Below are positions 1-9,076 of a DNA stretch of 64,000 nt, one piece after another. Source of the stretch: an uncultured Ignavibacteriaceae bacterium (lineage in GTDB: Bacteria; Bacteroidota; Ignavibacteria; Ignavibacteriales; Ignavibacteriaceae); assembly GCA_963804005.1 (NCBI GenBank), contig CAWDOP010000007.1, positions 15,562-79,561 on the forward strand, read 5' to 3'. Below the pieces are notes generated by a model. The model was given only the letters and a program-made list of their open reading frames with translations, was not told where the DNA came from and did not search any database. Within the stretch, counting starts at the first letter, position 1. Each line of letters opens with the position of its first letter. The translations under genes and the position numbers were made by a program.

Positions 1-1
1 T

Positions 2-508
2 GAAGTAAAATCTGATGGAAGAGGAAATGTAGAGGTTTTTCTAAGAGAAAAAATTATTTATGCCATGATTGTAGGAAGCAGCGATCCGTATTTCATAACA
101 GCAGATTTTCAGGTTCTTCCGATTTTTCCAAATACAAGATTTTCGGATCTGCCTGTCATAAGTAATGTTAAATTCAAAGAAAAACTTAATGCAATGAATT
201 TTGCAAAAGATGAAGATTTAGTACAGGCATTTAGAATTATTGATGCGGCAAAAACAACCGATCTTGAAATATCGAGAAAACTTGCAGAAATAAATCTGCG
301 AAACGGTGGTGATGTTATCCTTACTTTCTCTGGAATTAATGCTCCGGTAATATTTGGAAGAGGAGATGAAGCTAAGAAAATGTTATACCTGAATTTACTT
401 TGGGAAAGAATGAAGGAACAAAAGCCATTTTTTGAAAACACAGAATATCTCGATCTAAGATTTAGTAACGAAGTTTATGTCGGGAAAAAAGATATTATAG
501 GTTTATAA
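2..508 (+). CDS. ftsQ: Cell division protein FtsQ, C-terminal part (5' end lies outside the window)
   Basis: The reading frame is open from nt 2 with no stop before 508. It lies directly upstream of ftsA, as in dcw clusters. The C-terminal sequence is FtsQ-like (...YLDLRFSNEVYVGKK). Confidence 0.7.
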   Translation, partial: EVKSDGRGNVEVFLREKIIYAMIVGSSDPYFITADFQVLPIFPNTRFSDLPVISNVKFKEKLNAMNFAKDEDLVQAFRIIDAAKTTDLEISRKLAEINLRNGGDVILTFSGINAPVIFGRGDEAKKMLYLNLLWERMKEQKPFFENTEYLDLRFSNEVYVGKKDIIGL

Positions 509-510
509 GA

Positions 511-1761
511 ATGAAAAAAGAAATTTTGGTAGGATTGGATTTAGGAACAACAAAAGTCTGTGCTGTAATAGCTGATCGTTCAGTTGATTCCGGAAAATTA
601 GATATTCTTGGTTTCGGTGTAGCACTTTCTGAAGGTCTTCACAAAGGTATGGTTGCCAACATCGGAAAAACTGCCGAAGCAATTAAAGCTGCAATGGAGA
701 TTGCATCAAACAGAGCAGGTATTAGTGTAAATCTTGTTAATGTTGGCGTTGCAGGTGAACATATCACAAGCATCAGACATAGAAACTATGTAACAATAAA
801 CAGGGAAGAAAAAGAAATTACTAAAGAAGATCTTGATAGATTAGAATCAGATGTTAGGACAATAAGAATTCCGTCTGACAGACAAATTCTTCATATAATT
901 CCCGAAGAGTTTTCAATTGATCATCAGGGTGGAATTGAAAGTCCGATTGGAATGTCAGGTTCAAGATTAGAAGCAAGCAATCACGTTGTACTTGCATCAA
1001 TACCGGCAATTCAGAATATCAGAAAATCTGTTGAAAGAGCAGGTTACCAGGTGCAGGATTATATCCTTCAACCAATTGCTTCAAGTTCATCTGTACTGGA
1101 AGAAAGTGAAAAAGATCTTGGTATTGCAATGATAGATATTGGAGGCGGAACAACCGATATAGCAATTTATCATAAAAAAGCAATAAAGCATACAAAGGTA
1201 ATCGGAATTGCCGGTAATCAAGTTACAAATGATATTAGAGAATCTTTAGGTGTTGTTACTGAAGAAGCAGAAAGATTGAAAAAAGAATATGGTTATGCTT
1301 CTGAAAATGCAATCATAAAAGATGAAGATATATTAATAAGGGGAGTTGGTGCTCGTGGCAACACAAAAATTCCAATCAGTCTTCTTACTCAAATTATTAG
1401 TTTAAGAATGAAAGAATTATTTTCAATAATAGACAATGAATTACGCACAGCTGGATTTAAAAATAAACTAAAAGCCGGAATAGTACTTACAGGCGGTGGC
1501 GCTTTATTAAAGGGTTGTCCCGAATTAGCTGAAGAAGTTTTTGGTTTACCTACAAGAATTGGAGTTCCGCAAGAACTCGGTGCAGGCTTATCCAATGAAA
1601 TTGAGAGTCCGGAATTCGCAACAGTAGCGGGTTTGATAAAAGGAATTCCTGGTGGAAAATCAAGTGATTATCAGGTTCTTATCAAACCTAATAAAATCAA
1701 AGGTGCGAATAAAATCAACCAATTAATTAAAAAAGTTCAAGAATTTTTTGACGAATTATAA
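511..1761 (+). CDS. ftsA: Cell division protein FtsA (actin-like ATPase)
   Basis: 416 aa. N-terminal motif VGLDLGTTKVCAV, phosphate-2 motif DIGGGTTDIA and C-terminal amphipathic tail. Sits between ftsQ and ftsZ. Confidence 0.95.
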   Translation: MKKEILVGLDLGTTKVCAVIADRSVDSGKLDILGFGVALSEGLHKGMVANIGKTAEAIKAAMEIASNRAGISVNLVNVGVAGEHITSIRHRNYVTINREEKEITKEDLDRLESDVRTIRIPSDRQILHIIPEEFSIDHQGGIESPIGMSGSRLEASNHVVLASIPAIQNIRKSVERAGYQVQDYILQPIASSSSVLEESEKDLGIAMIDIGGGTTDIAIYHKKAIKHTKVIGIAGNQVTNDIRESLGVVTEEAERLKKEYGYASENAIIKDEDILIRGVGARGNTKIPISLLTQIISLRMKELFSIIDNELRTAGFKNKLKAGIVLTGGGALLKGCPELAEEVFGLPTRIGVPQELGAGLSNEIESPEFATVAGLIKGIPGGKSSDYQVLIKPNKIKGANKINQLIKKVQEFFDEL

Positions 1762-1778
1762 ATCTTACAGGAGGATAT

Positions 1779-3053
1779 ATGGCGCGTTTTGCAACAATTG
1801 ACAGAGACAAATCAATGTCGGCTGTTCTAAAAGTAATTGGAGTTGGCGGCGGCGGCTGTAATGCCATTGAGAGTATGATCTCAAAAGGATTAAATGGCGT
1901 TGAGTACGTTGCAATCAATACCGATTCACAGGTACTGAAAAGCAGCACTGCTACACACAAAATTCAATGTGGAACTTCAATTACAAGAGGTCTCGGTGCC
2001 GGAGCTGATCCTAATGTTGGAAGGAAAGCTATAGAAGAAGACCGTGAACTTATTGCAGAAGTTCTTACAGGAAGTGATATGGTTTTTGTTACTGCCGGTA
2101 TGGGAGGCGGAACAGGAACCGGTGGTGCGTCTGTTGTAGCTTCAATTGCTAAAAGCATTGGTGCTTTGGTTGTCGGTATTGTTACTAAACCTTTCCGCTG
2201 GGAAGGTAAAACTAGAATGCTGAATGCCGAAAAAGGTATTCAGGAATTGCGCCAGCATGTTGACAGCTTAATTGTAATTCCGAATGAAAGATTGTTAAGC
2301 ATTCTTGATAAAGGTATTAATGCCTTTGCAGCCTTTGATAAACCAAACGAAGTTCTTTATGAAGCAACACGCGGTATAGCTGATATTATTACTATCGAAG
2401 GATTAATAAATGTTGACTTTGCGGATGTTCGTGCAGTTATGAATCAAAGCGGCGAAGCATTGATGGGTTGCGGAATAGCAAGCGGAGAAAATCGCGCCAT
2501 AGAAGCTGCTCAGAAAGCAATCTCATCACCGCTGCTTGAAGGGGTTAGTATTAAAGGTGCAAAAAGCGTTCTGCTCAATGTTACAGGTTCAAGCAGTATA
2601 ACAATGCAGGAAATTAATGAAGGAAATAATGTGATCTTTGAAGCTGCAGGTGAAGAAGCTAATGTTATTTTCGGTGTTGTGAAAAAAGATGAAATGAATG
2701 ATTACATTTCTTACACTGTTATTGCTACCGGATTTGATACAGGCAAAAGTTCATATACATCGAGAGCAGTAAAACAATTAACTAAAGATGAACCAAAAGA
2801 AACTAAATTCAGAGGCGGATTCTCCTTTTTCGATAATCCTGAATTCAATTCTGAAGACCTTGAGGTTCCAACTATACTCAGAGTTAAAAGCCCAAAGTCA
2901 TCCATAGAAGATGAAGATAAAGACAAGAATGATAATCAGAGCGGTTTCACCGTAGATGCATCAAGGTATGCCTGGTCTAAAGAAAAAGCTGAAAAGAAAG
3001 ATGATTCTGATGACGATGAAAGTTCTTCGTTTCTCAGAATGATTATGGATTAA
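1779..3053 (+). CDS. ftsZ: Cell division GTPase FtsZ
   Basis: 424 aa with the tubulin signature GGGTGTG, the NTDSQ motif, an acidic disordered linker and a conserved C-terminal peptide. AGGAGG-like RBS upstream. Confidence 0.97.
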   Translation: MARFATIDRDKSMSAVLKVIGVGGGGCNAIESMISKGLNGVEYVAINTDSQVLKSSTATHKIQCGTSITRGLGAGADPNVGRKAIEEDRELIAEVLTGSDMVFVTAGMGGGTGTGGASVVASIAKSIGALVVGIVTKPFRWEGKTRMLNAEKGIQELRQHVDSLIVIPNERLLSILDKGINAFAAFDKPNEVLYEATRGIADIITIEGLINVDFADVRAVMNQSGEALMGCGIASGENRAIEAAQKAISSPLLEGVSIKGAKSVLLNVTGSSSITMQEINEGNNVIFEAAGEEANVIFGVVKKDEMNDYISYTVIATGFDTGKSSYTSRAVKQLTKDEPKETKFRGGFSFFDNPEFNSEDLEVPTILRVKSPKSSIEDEDKDKNDNQSGFTVDASRYAWSKEKAEKKDDSDDDESSSFLRMIMD

Positions 3054-3094
3054 ATATAAAGGTTTAGCAGTAACTGTAAATAAAACGGCGAGCT

Positions 3095-3295
3095 TCATTC
3101 ATCGCTGGGCCGTGCTTCGATGAGAACATTTTCATCGTAATCAACTGTAACAATTATACGGTTGGGGTGGCAGCATATCCTGCAGTCCTCTATAAAGTCC
3201 TGCTTACCTTCGATTGTAAGATCGACCCATACTGCGTTGTCAACACCGCAATATTGGCAAATCCAGGTTAAAGTATCGTCGGGTTGCATTTTCAC
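3095..3295 (-). CDS. CPXCG-motif cysteine-rich small protein (zinc-ribbon-like)
   Basis: 66 aa with CQYCG ... DCRICCHPN, the Cys pattern typical of the CPXCG family. Function unknown. Confidence 0.65.
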   Translation of the reverse strand: MKMQPDDTLTWICQYCGVDNAVWVDLTIEGKQDFIEDCRICCHPNRIIVTVDYDENVLIEARPSDE

Positions 3296-3433
3296 TCCGT
3301 ATCAAATAATAGTCGTAAATTACATATCTAATTAGACCATTCTGACTCTTAAAGTCAAACTAAATAGTATTTCTTTCACCCCTTGATTTTTATTTCTAAA
3401 AAATGTAAATAGTACTCAAATGTTCACTATCTT

Positions 3434-5113
3434 TTGAATACTATGAAAAAGGATTTTGAAGATCAATTATACATAATTCCCGAAGAGTGGCGTGCAGAAC
3501 CACGAATAGTAACTCTTTATCCGCCGCTGCCTAAAAATAAAAGGGGAGTTGGCTTTGATATATTCGATTTCGAAATGCTGTTTAATGACGGCAAAACAAA
3601 TGAACTTATCCGCACGGGACAAACAATAGGATGCTTTTATATCGAGTCACCCGGTATGCGCTCTCTTCTCAGAAAACTTGATGTTCACGATTTTGAAATG
3701 CTTACGGCTGCAAGTTCAATAATAAGACCCGGTGTTGCTGAAAGCGGAATGATGCAGGAGTTTATTTTAAGACATAAAGATCCTTCGAAGCGTTTTTATT
3801 TCATTCCGCAGCTCGCAGAAGTTCTTGCCGATACTTACGGAGTTATGATTTATCAGGAAGATGTAATTAAAGTTGCAAATCAAATAGCCGGTTTAAGTTT
3901 GGAGGAAGCTGATCTTTTGCGTCGTGCAATGAGCGGAAAGATGAGATCACATAAAGCAATGCAGCAAATTACCAATCGCTTTTTTGAATCCTGTGAAATG
4001 AAAGGATTAAATGATAATCAGGCAAAAGAGCTTTGGAGACAAATTGAATCGTTTGCTAGATATTCTTTTTGTAAAGCCCACAGTGCTTCGTTTGCTTTGC
4101 TTTCATACCAGGTTGCATTTCTTAAAGCATATTATCCCGCTGAATTTATGGCAGGTGTTCTGAGCAACGGCGGAGGTTTTTATTCTGCCGCAGTTTATGT
4201 TCAGGAAACAAAAAGAAGGGGAGTGAAAGTTCTTCTTCCGTGTATTAACAAAAGTGAATATGAATACACCGGAAAGAACAACGAAATGAGAATTGGATTA
4301 ATGGCAATAAAAAACCTTTCACTTAATTCAATTCATAAAATCCTTGACGAAAGAAAAAAACATGGTGAGTTTGTTTCGCTTGCTGATTTTCTTGTAAGAA
4401 CAGGAGTCGCTTATGGAGAGAGTTCCATGCTTATAAACTGCGGTGCGATGGGATGCTTCCGTCAAACGCGTCCTGAACTTTTACGGTTGCTTGATATTTA
4501 CATCAACAAAAGAAAAATACTTGATGAAAAATATAATGATCTTTTTATGCATGAAACTTTTGCTCTTGAGCAGCAGGTAAAAACTTCGCAGAATTTTTCT
4601 TTGGAAGAAATCTGCAGAATGGAATACGAAACTTTTAATTATATGGTAACACGTCATCCGCTGTATTTTTATAAAAACCTTTTTGATGATTCTTCAGTAA
4701 TTAAAGCAAATGAAATAAATAAGTATAAAGGAAAATACGTTAAGATGATCGGCTGGTATATGACTTCAAAAAGAATACGTACTAAAAAAGGAGAGATAAT
4801 GAAATTTTTATCTCTCGAAGATCTTACAGGCACTTTTGAAGCAGTTATATTTCCCAAAGTTTATTATCAGTATGCTGAATTAACTATGTCGATGGGACCT
4901 TACATTGTTGAGGGAATAGTTGATGAAAATGATCCTGTAAATCTTGTTGTTAAAAAATTGAATTTAGTTTCAGCAATTGGTGTATTGCGTGAGACAGAAA
5001 AGGACAGCGTTGAAAACAAATACTTTGGCGATGTTGAAAAAATATCTGAAGAAGATTTTATGCTGCTCGAAAATCTTAATAAAGAAAAATTGAGATTAGC
5101 TTATGCAGGTTGA
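3434..5113 (+). CDS. DNA polymerase III alpha-family protein, C-terminal half only (DnaE2/ImuC-like; fingers, beta-binding region and OB fold; no PHP or palm domain)
   Basis: 559 aa containing GCFYIESPGMRSL, IIRPGV, YQEDV, LRRAMS, FCKAHSASFALLSYQVAFLKAYYPAEF, GGFYSAAVYVQETKRRGVKV and an OB-fold segment. An in-frame TAG at 3410-3412 closes the frame upstream. The ~140 nt upstream is non-coding, and beyond it lies a gene on the opposite strand. The start may be TTG 3434 or ATG 3443. Confidence 0.7.
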   Translation: MNTMKKDFEDQLYIIPEEWRAEPRIVTLYPPLPKNKRGVGFDIFDFEMLFNDGKTNELIRTGQTIGCFYIESPGMRSLLRKLDVHDFEMLTAASSIIRPGVAESGMMQEFILRHKDPSKRFYFIPQLAEVLADTYGVMIYQEDVIKVANQIAGLSLEEADLLRRAMSGKMRSHKAMQQITNRFFESCEMKGLNDNQAKELWRQIESFARYSFCKAHSASFALLSYQVAFLKAYYPAEFMAGVLSNGGGFYSAAVYVQETKRRGVKVLLPCINKSEYEYTGKNNEMRIGLMAIKNLSLNSIHKILDERKKHGEFVSLADFLVRTGVAYGESSMLINCGAMGCFRQTRPELLRLLDIYINKRKILDEKYNDLFMHETFALEQQVKTSQNFSLEEICRMEYETFNYMVTRHPLYFYKNLFDDSSVIKANEINKYKGKYVKMIGWYMTSKRIRTKKGEIMKFLSLEDLTGTFEAVIFPKVYYQYAELTMSMGPYIVEGIVDENDPVNLVVKKLNLVSAIGVLRETEKDSVENKYFGDVEKISEEDFMLLENLNKEKLRLAYAG

Positions 5114-5125
5114 ATATTATATCAC

Positions 5126-5623
5126 TTATTTCATATTTACGAATTGAGTCGGGAAATCTAAATCAGCTTCTTTAACCATACTGATAACAGCCTGAAGATC
5201 ATCAATTTTAGGAGCTTGTACGCGTATCTGTTCATCCTGGATTTGAGCATTAACTTTCACCTTGGACTCTTTAATCATTTTTGTTATCAGCTTAGCATTC
5301 TCCTTGGATATTCCACTATGAAGATTAATTTTTTGTTTCAGCCTTCCATTTGCTGCAGCCTCAGGTTCATCAAACTTAAGAGCTTTAATGGAAATACCTC
5401 TGCGGATAAATTTAGTTTGCAGGATATCAATACTGGCTTTACGGGAATAATCATCCTTTGTATTAAGTGATATAAATTTCTCCTTTTTATTTAATTCCAT
5501 TTCTGTTCTGGAATCTTTAAGATCATAACGCTGATTGATCTCTTTAAGAGCCTGATTAACAGCATTATCTGCTTCCTGCAGATCAATTTCAGAAACGATA
5601 TCAAAGGAATGATTTTGAGCCAT
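5126..5623 (-). CDS. yajQ: YajQ-family nucleotide / cyclic-di-GMP-binding protein (UPF0234)
   Basis: 165 aa with the characteristic N-terminus SFDIVSEIDLQE..NAVNQA.KEI..RYD and a matching overall length. Confidence 0.85.
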   Translation of the reverse strand: MAQNHSFDIVSEIDLQEADNAVNQALKEINQRYDLKDSRTEMELNKKEKFISLNTKDDYSRKASIDILQTKFIRRGISIKALKFDEPEAAANGRLKQKINLHSGISKENAKLITKMIKESKVKVNAQIQDEQIRVQAPKIDDLQAVISMVKEADLDFPTQFVNMK

Positions 5624-5753
5624 AAAATTCTCACGTAATAATTATTTATAAACTTCTAAGGAATAATGTAGTGTTGGACTAAGGGAATATTAAATCACCA
5701 TTAACGAATTTCAAATCCCAAACTCCATTACTCCAATATTCCAATAAAAAGAG

Positions 5754-5828
5754 TCGGGGTGGGGAGATTCGAACTCCCGACCTCTTCGTCCCGAACGAAG
5801 CGCGCTAACCGGGCTGCGCTACACCCCG
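5754..5828 (-). tRNA. tRNA-Pro (anticodon CGG)
   Basis: Manual fold of the reverse complement gives acceptor CGGGGTG/CACCCCG plus discriminator A, D arm GCGC-AGCCCGGTTA-GCGC, anticodon stem CTTCG/CGAAG with loop TTCGGGA (CGG, G37), a 5-nt variable loop and T arm GGGAG-TTCGAAT-CTCCC. 75 nt; CCA is not encoded. Confidence 0.9.
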
Positions 5829-6035
5829 AGAATTTAATTACAATTATTAAATAACATTTTTTACTTCACTTGCTAAAATGGACTTTTTTCCTTAAAAATC
5901 AATTCTTTGCATGCGTATTTAAGTAATAAGTGTTAAAAAAGCTAAAAATTGTTGATTTTGAAACTTCAAAAATTTATTGTTCAGATATTTACTTTGATGT
6001 TTCAATGACTTAAGTTTGGACAGTTTATTTATTAA

Positions 6036-6134
6036 CCTTTAAATCTATCCGGAGAGATGGAAAAGGAAATTAAAATTTATATTAACCAACTATAACGTAA
6101 CCTCTGCGGATGAAAATCCAAGGAGGCTTTTTTG
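6036..6134 (+). promoter_or_regulatory. Candidate PyrR-responsive leader with two PyrR-binding-loop-like elements
   Basis: UCCGGAGAGAUGG (6048-6060) and UCCAAGGAGGCU (6117-6128) resemble the PyrR RNA consensus ARUCCAGAGAGGCU. The second overlaps the pyrR Shine-Dalgarno (AGGAGG 6121-6126) and is followed by a U-run. Neither folding nor binding was computed. Confidence 0.3.
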
Positions 6135-6137
6135 TAT

Positions 6138-6683
6138 ATGAATATAAAATCTAAAATAATCGACAAAGAAGGGTTTAATAGAATTATAACCCGCATATCT
6201 CACGAAATTCTTGAGCATAATAAAGGTTCTGAAAATCTTGTTCTTATTGGAATGAGAACCAGAGGTGAATTCCTTGCAAAAAGAATTCGGGAAAAAATTA
6301 AAGAAATTGACGGTGTTGAACTTCCTTTCGGTGTTCTTGATGTTACTCTTTACAGAGATGATTTCAGAACCAGAATGAAACAACCGCAGGTTTCTGTTTC
6401 AGATATGACGTTTGATATAAATGAAAAAGATATCATCTTAATCGACGATGTACTTTATACCGGAAGAACAGCTCGATCAGCATTAAATGCCTTAATGGAT
6501 CTGGGAAGACCAAGGTCTATTCAATTGAGTATTCTTATTGATAGAGGTCATCGTGAATTACCTATTCGCGCTGATTATGTCGGGAAAAACATTCCAACAT
6601 CTTTAGATGAAGAAATAAAAGTTAAAATGGAAGAATTCGACGGTGAAGATGCTATCTATCTCGTTGAAGCGGAAAAAAAATAA
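6138..6683 (+). CDS. pyrR: Bifunctional pyrimidine operon regulator / uracil phosphoribosyltransferase PyrR
   Basis: PRPP-binding motif ILIDDVLYTGRT and PyrR-length protein at the head of pyrB-pyrC. The ORF opens at TTG 6132. ATG 6138 is preferred because it lies 11 nt after AGGAGG. Confidence 0.9.
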   Translation: MNIKSKIIDKEGFNRIITRISHEILEHNKGSENLVLIGMRTRGEFLAKRIREKIKEIDGVELPFGVLDVTLYRDDFRTRMKQPQVSVSDMTFDINEKDIILIDDVLYTGRTARSALNALMDLGRPRSIQLSILIDRGHRELPIRADYVGKNIPTSLDEEIKVKMEEFDGEDAIYLVEAEKK

Positions 6684-6700
6684 TTTGAGAGAATAATTAA

Positions 6701-7621
6701 ATGCCATTATCCAGCAGACATTTACTCGGGCTTCAGGGAGTTCCCAAAGAAGACATTCAACTAATTCTTGATACTTCAATTACATTCAGAGAAGTTCTGG
6801 AAAGACCAATAAAAAAAGTTCCTACTTTGCAGGGGAAAACAGTAGTAAATCTTTTTTATGAAAGTTCTACAAGAACAAGAATTTCTTTTGAGCTTGCTGA
6901 AAAAAGACTTTCTGCCGATTCAATTAACTTTGCGATTTCCACAAGCAGCGTCAGCAAGGGCGAAACGCTTAAAGACACTATAAGAAATATTGAAGCTATG
7001 AAAGTTGATATGGTTGTTGTTCGTCACGCTGCAGCAGGCATACCCTTATTTCTTACAAAGGTTTGTGATTCAAACATTATAAATGCTGGTGATGGAATTC
7101 ACGAACATCCAACTCAGGCTTTACTTGACATGTATTCTATAAGAGAAAAACTTGGAAGACTTGATGGATTAAAAGTTTGCATAGTTGGAGATATTGCTCA
7201 CAGCAGAGTGGCTTTATCAAACATTTATGGATTAAAAACCATGGGTGCTAAAGTTTCTCTTTGCGGACCTTCAACTATGATTCCCAAATTTGTTGAAGAA
7301 CTAGGTGTTGATGTTATCACTAACATTGATGAAGCAATTCAGGAAAATGATGTCCTGAATATTTTAAGAATTCAGTTAGAAAGAAAAGCCAGGGAATATT
7401 TCCCTTCAATAAGAGAGTATGCAAAATATTTTGGAATTACAAAAGAGCGTTTGGAAAAAAACGGAAAAGATGTTCTTATACTTCATCCCGGACCTATAAA
7501 TAGAGGAGTTGAGATAGCATCTGATGTTGCAGATGGACCTTATCAGATTATTCTTAATCAAGTAACAAATGGCGTTGCAGTAAGAATGGCAGTTCTATAT
7601 TTACTCGGAACCTTAAACTAA
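6701..7621 (+). CDS. pyrB: Aspartate carbamoyltransferase catalytic subunit
   Basis: 306 aa with the STRTR carbamoyl-phosphate motif, HPTQ and HPGP motifs. Confidence 0.95.
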   Translation: MPLSSRHLLGLQGVPKEDIQLILDTSITFREVLERPIKKVPTLQGKTVVNLFYESSTRTRISFELAEKRLSADSINFAISTSSVSKGETLKDTIRNIEAMKVDMVVVRHAAAGIPLFLTKVCDSNIINAGDGIHEHPTQALLDMYSIREKLGRLDGLKVCIVGDIAHSRVALSNIYGLKTMGAKVSLCGPSTMIPKFVEELGVDVITNIDEAIQENDVLNILRIQLERKAREYFPSIREYAKYFGITKERLEKNGKDVLILHPGPINRGVEIASDVADGPYQIILNQVTNGVAVRMAVLYLLGTLN

Positions 7622-7635
7622 ACGGAAATTTTATA

Positions 7636-8928
7636 ATGAAGATATTATTAAAAGATGTTGCCGTTAATAATCCTGTTCAAAATTTGAAGGAAGAAAAAAT
7701 TGATATACTTATTGACAATGGAATAATATCTGAAATAGGTTCGTTGAATAAGTCTGAATTAGGTGAAATAAGGAAGTTTGATTTTACAGGCAAAGTAGTT
7801 ACGCCAGGATTTTTTGATATGCACGTGCATATGAGAGAACCCGGAAGAGAAGATAAAGAAACTGTGAAGTCCGGATGCGACAGTGCTGCGAATGGCGGAT
7901 TCACTGGTGTTGCCTGTATGCCAAACACAGAACCTGCAATTGATTCGGCTGAAGTTGTTGCTTTCATAAAAAAGCAGGCGTTAGAGCATCTGGTTGATGT
8001 TTATCCTGTTGCTGCAGCAACGGTTGGAAGAAAAGGAGAAATCCTCTCTCCAATGGCTGAATTGTTTGAAGCCGGTGCAGTAGGCTTTTCTGATGATGGA
8101 ACAGCAATTAAAAATGCTTCTATACTTAAACGTGCAATGGAATATGCGAAGATGTATGATCTTCCGATAATTGAACATTGCGAAGATGAATCTCTTGCTG
8201 GTGGTGCGATGAATGAAAGTATTAATTCAACCATACTTGGTTTGCCGCCAATTCCTTCTATAGCAGAAGATCTTATTGTAATGAGAGATATCTTGGTTGC
8301 AGAATATACTGGTGCGAAAATTCATATTGCTCATGTCAGTACAAGAAAAGCAGTTGAAATGGTTCGGGAAGCAAAAGCCAAAGGAATTAAAGTCACAGCA
8401 GAAGTTACTCCTCACCATTTTGCACTTACAGATGATGCAGTTAAAACTTATGATACAAATGTTAAAATAAATCCTCCACTTCGTACAAGAAGAGATGTTG
8501 ATGCCATAATGGAAGGATTGAAGGATGGAACATTAGATTGTATTGCTTCAGATCATGCCCCTCATACAATCGAGGAAAAAGAAGTTGAATTTGAATATGC
8601 TCCTAACGGTATAATTGGCTTAGAAACTCAAATAGGTTTGGCTTTAACGGAATTATTTCATAAAAAGATCTTAACTCTTGAACAATTGATTGAAAAATTA
8701 GCAGTCAATCCAAGAAGAATATTAAAAATTCCGGTTCCTCAAATTAAAAAAGGTGAACCGGCAAATCTTACCATATTAGATATAAACTCCGTCTGGACAG
8801 TTGATAAAACAAAATTCTTGAGTAAGTCTATTAATACTCCATTTGATAAAAAATTGCTGACCGGTAAATCAATTGCAGTAATCAACAAACAAAAAATGTT
8901 TTTGGAAGGAAAGTTCTTCGGTATTTGA
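7636..8928 (+). CDS. pyrC: Dihydroorotase (class I)
   Basis: 430 aa with DMHVHMREPG metal-binding motif and SDHAPH. Follows pyrB. Confidence 0.9.
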   Translation: MKILLKDVAVNNPVQNLKEEKIDILIDNGIISEIGSLNKSELGEIRKFDFTGKVVTPGFFDMHVHMREPGREDKETVKSGCDSAANGGFTGVACMPNTEPAIDSAEVVAFIKKQALEHLVDVYPVAAATVGRKGEILSPMAELFEAGAVGFSDDGTAIKNASILKRAMEYAKMYDLPIIEHCEDESLAGGAMNESINSTILGLPPIPSIAEDLIVMRDILVAEYTGAKIHIAHVSTRKAVEMVREAKAKGIKVTAEVTPHHFALTDDAVKTYDTNVKINPPLRTRRDVDAIMEGLKDGTLDCIASDHAPHTIEEKEVEFEYAPNGIIGLETQIGLALTELFHKKILTLEQLIEKLAVNPRRILKIPVPQIKKGEPANLTILDINSVWTVDKTKFLSKSINTPFDKKLLTGKSIAVINKQKMFLEGKFFGI

Positions 8929-8953
8929 TTTAATTTCCTATGAATTTATATCC

Positions 8954-8988
8954 AGCCGATGTTTAATTAAATAGACATCGGCTTTTTA
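8954..8988 (+). terminator. Rho-independent terminator after pyrC
   Basis: Stem AGCCGATGT (8954-8962) pairs with ACATCGGCT (8975-8983) and is followed by a T-run. Confidence 0.7.
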
Positions 8989-9076
8989 TTTCTTGCATTT
9001 TTATTAAAAAATAGGGCTTTTTTGTGGCATTTGCTTTGGTAAAGAGAATCAGAATTAAAAAGAAAAGGACAGAGTA

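Noticed and set aside
109-441. Many antisense or overlapping ORFs in the six-frame track, for example 109-441(-), 1389-1595(-), 7677-7967(-), 11507-11947(-), 19001-19363(-), 27782-28087(+), 38817-39233(+), 41793-42071(+), 55595-55988(+) and 60779-61177(-)
   Set aside because: Each lies entirely inside a longer ORF on the opposite strand or in another frame, and that longer ORF has clear family motifs. The products are low-complexity or compositionally odd, as expected for shadow ORFs in AT-rich DNA.
5829-6035. The AT-rich spacer between tRNA-Pro and the pyrR leader as a riboswitch or sRNA
   Set aside because: I found no conserved riboswitch core sequence, stable hairpin or terminator. It is probably only a promoter and spacer region.
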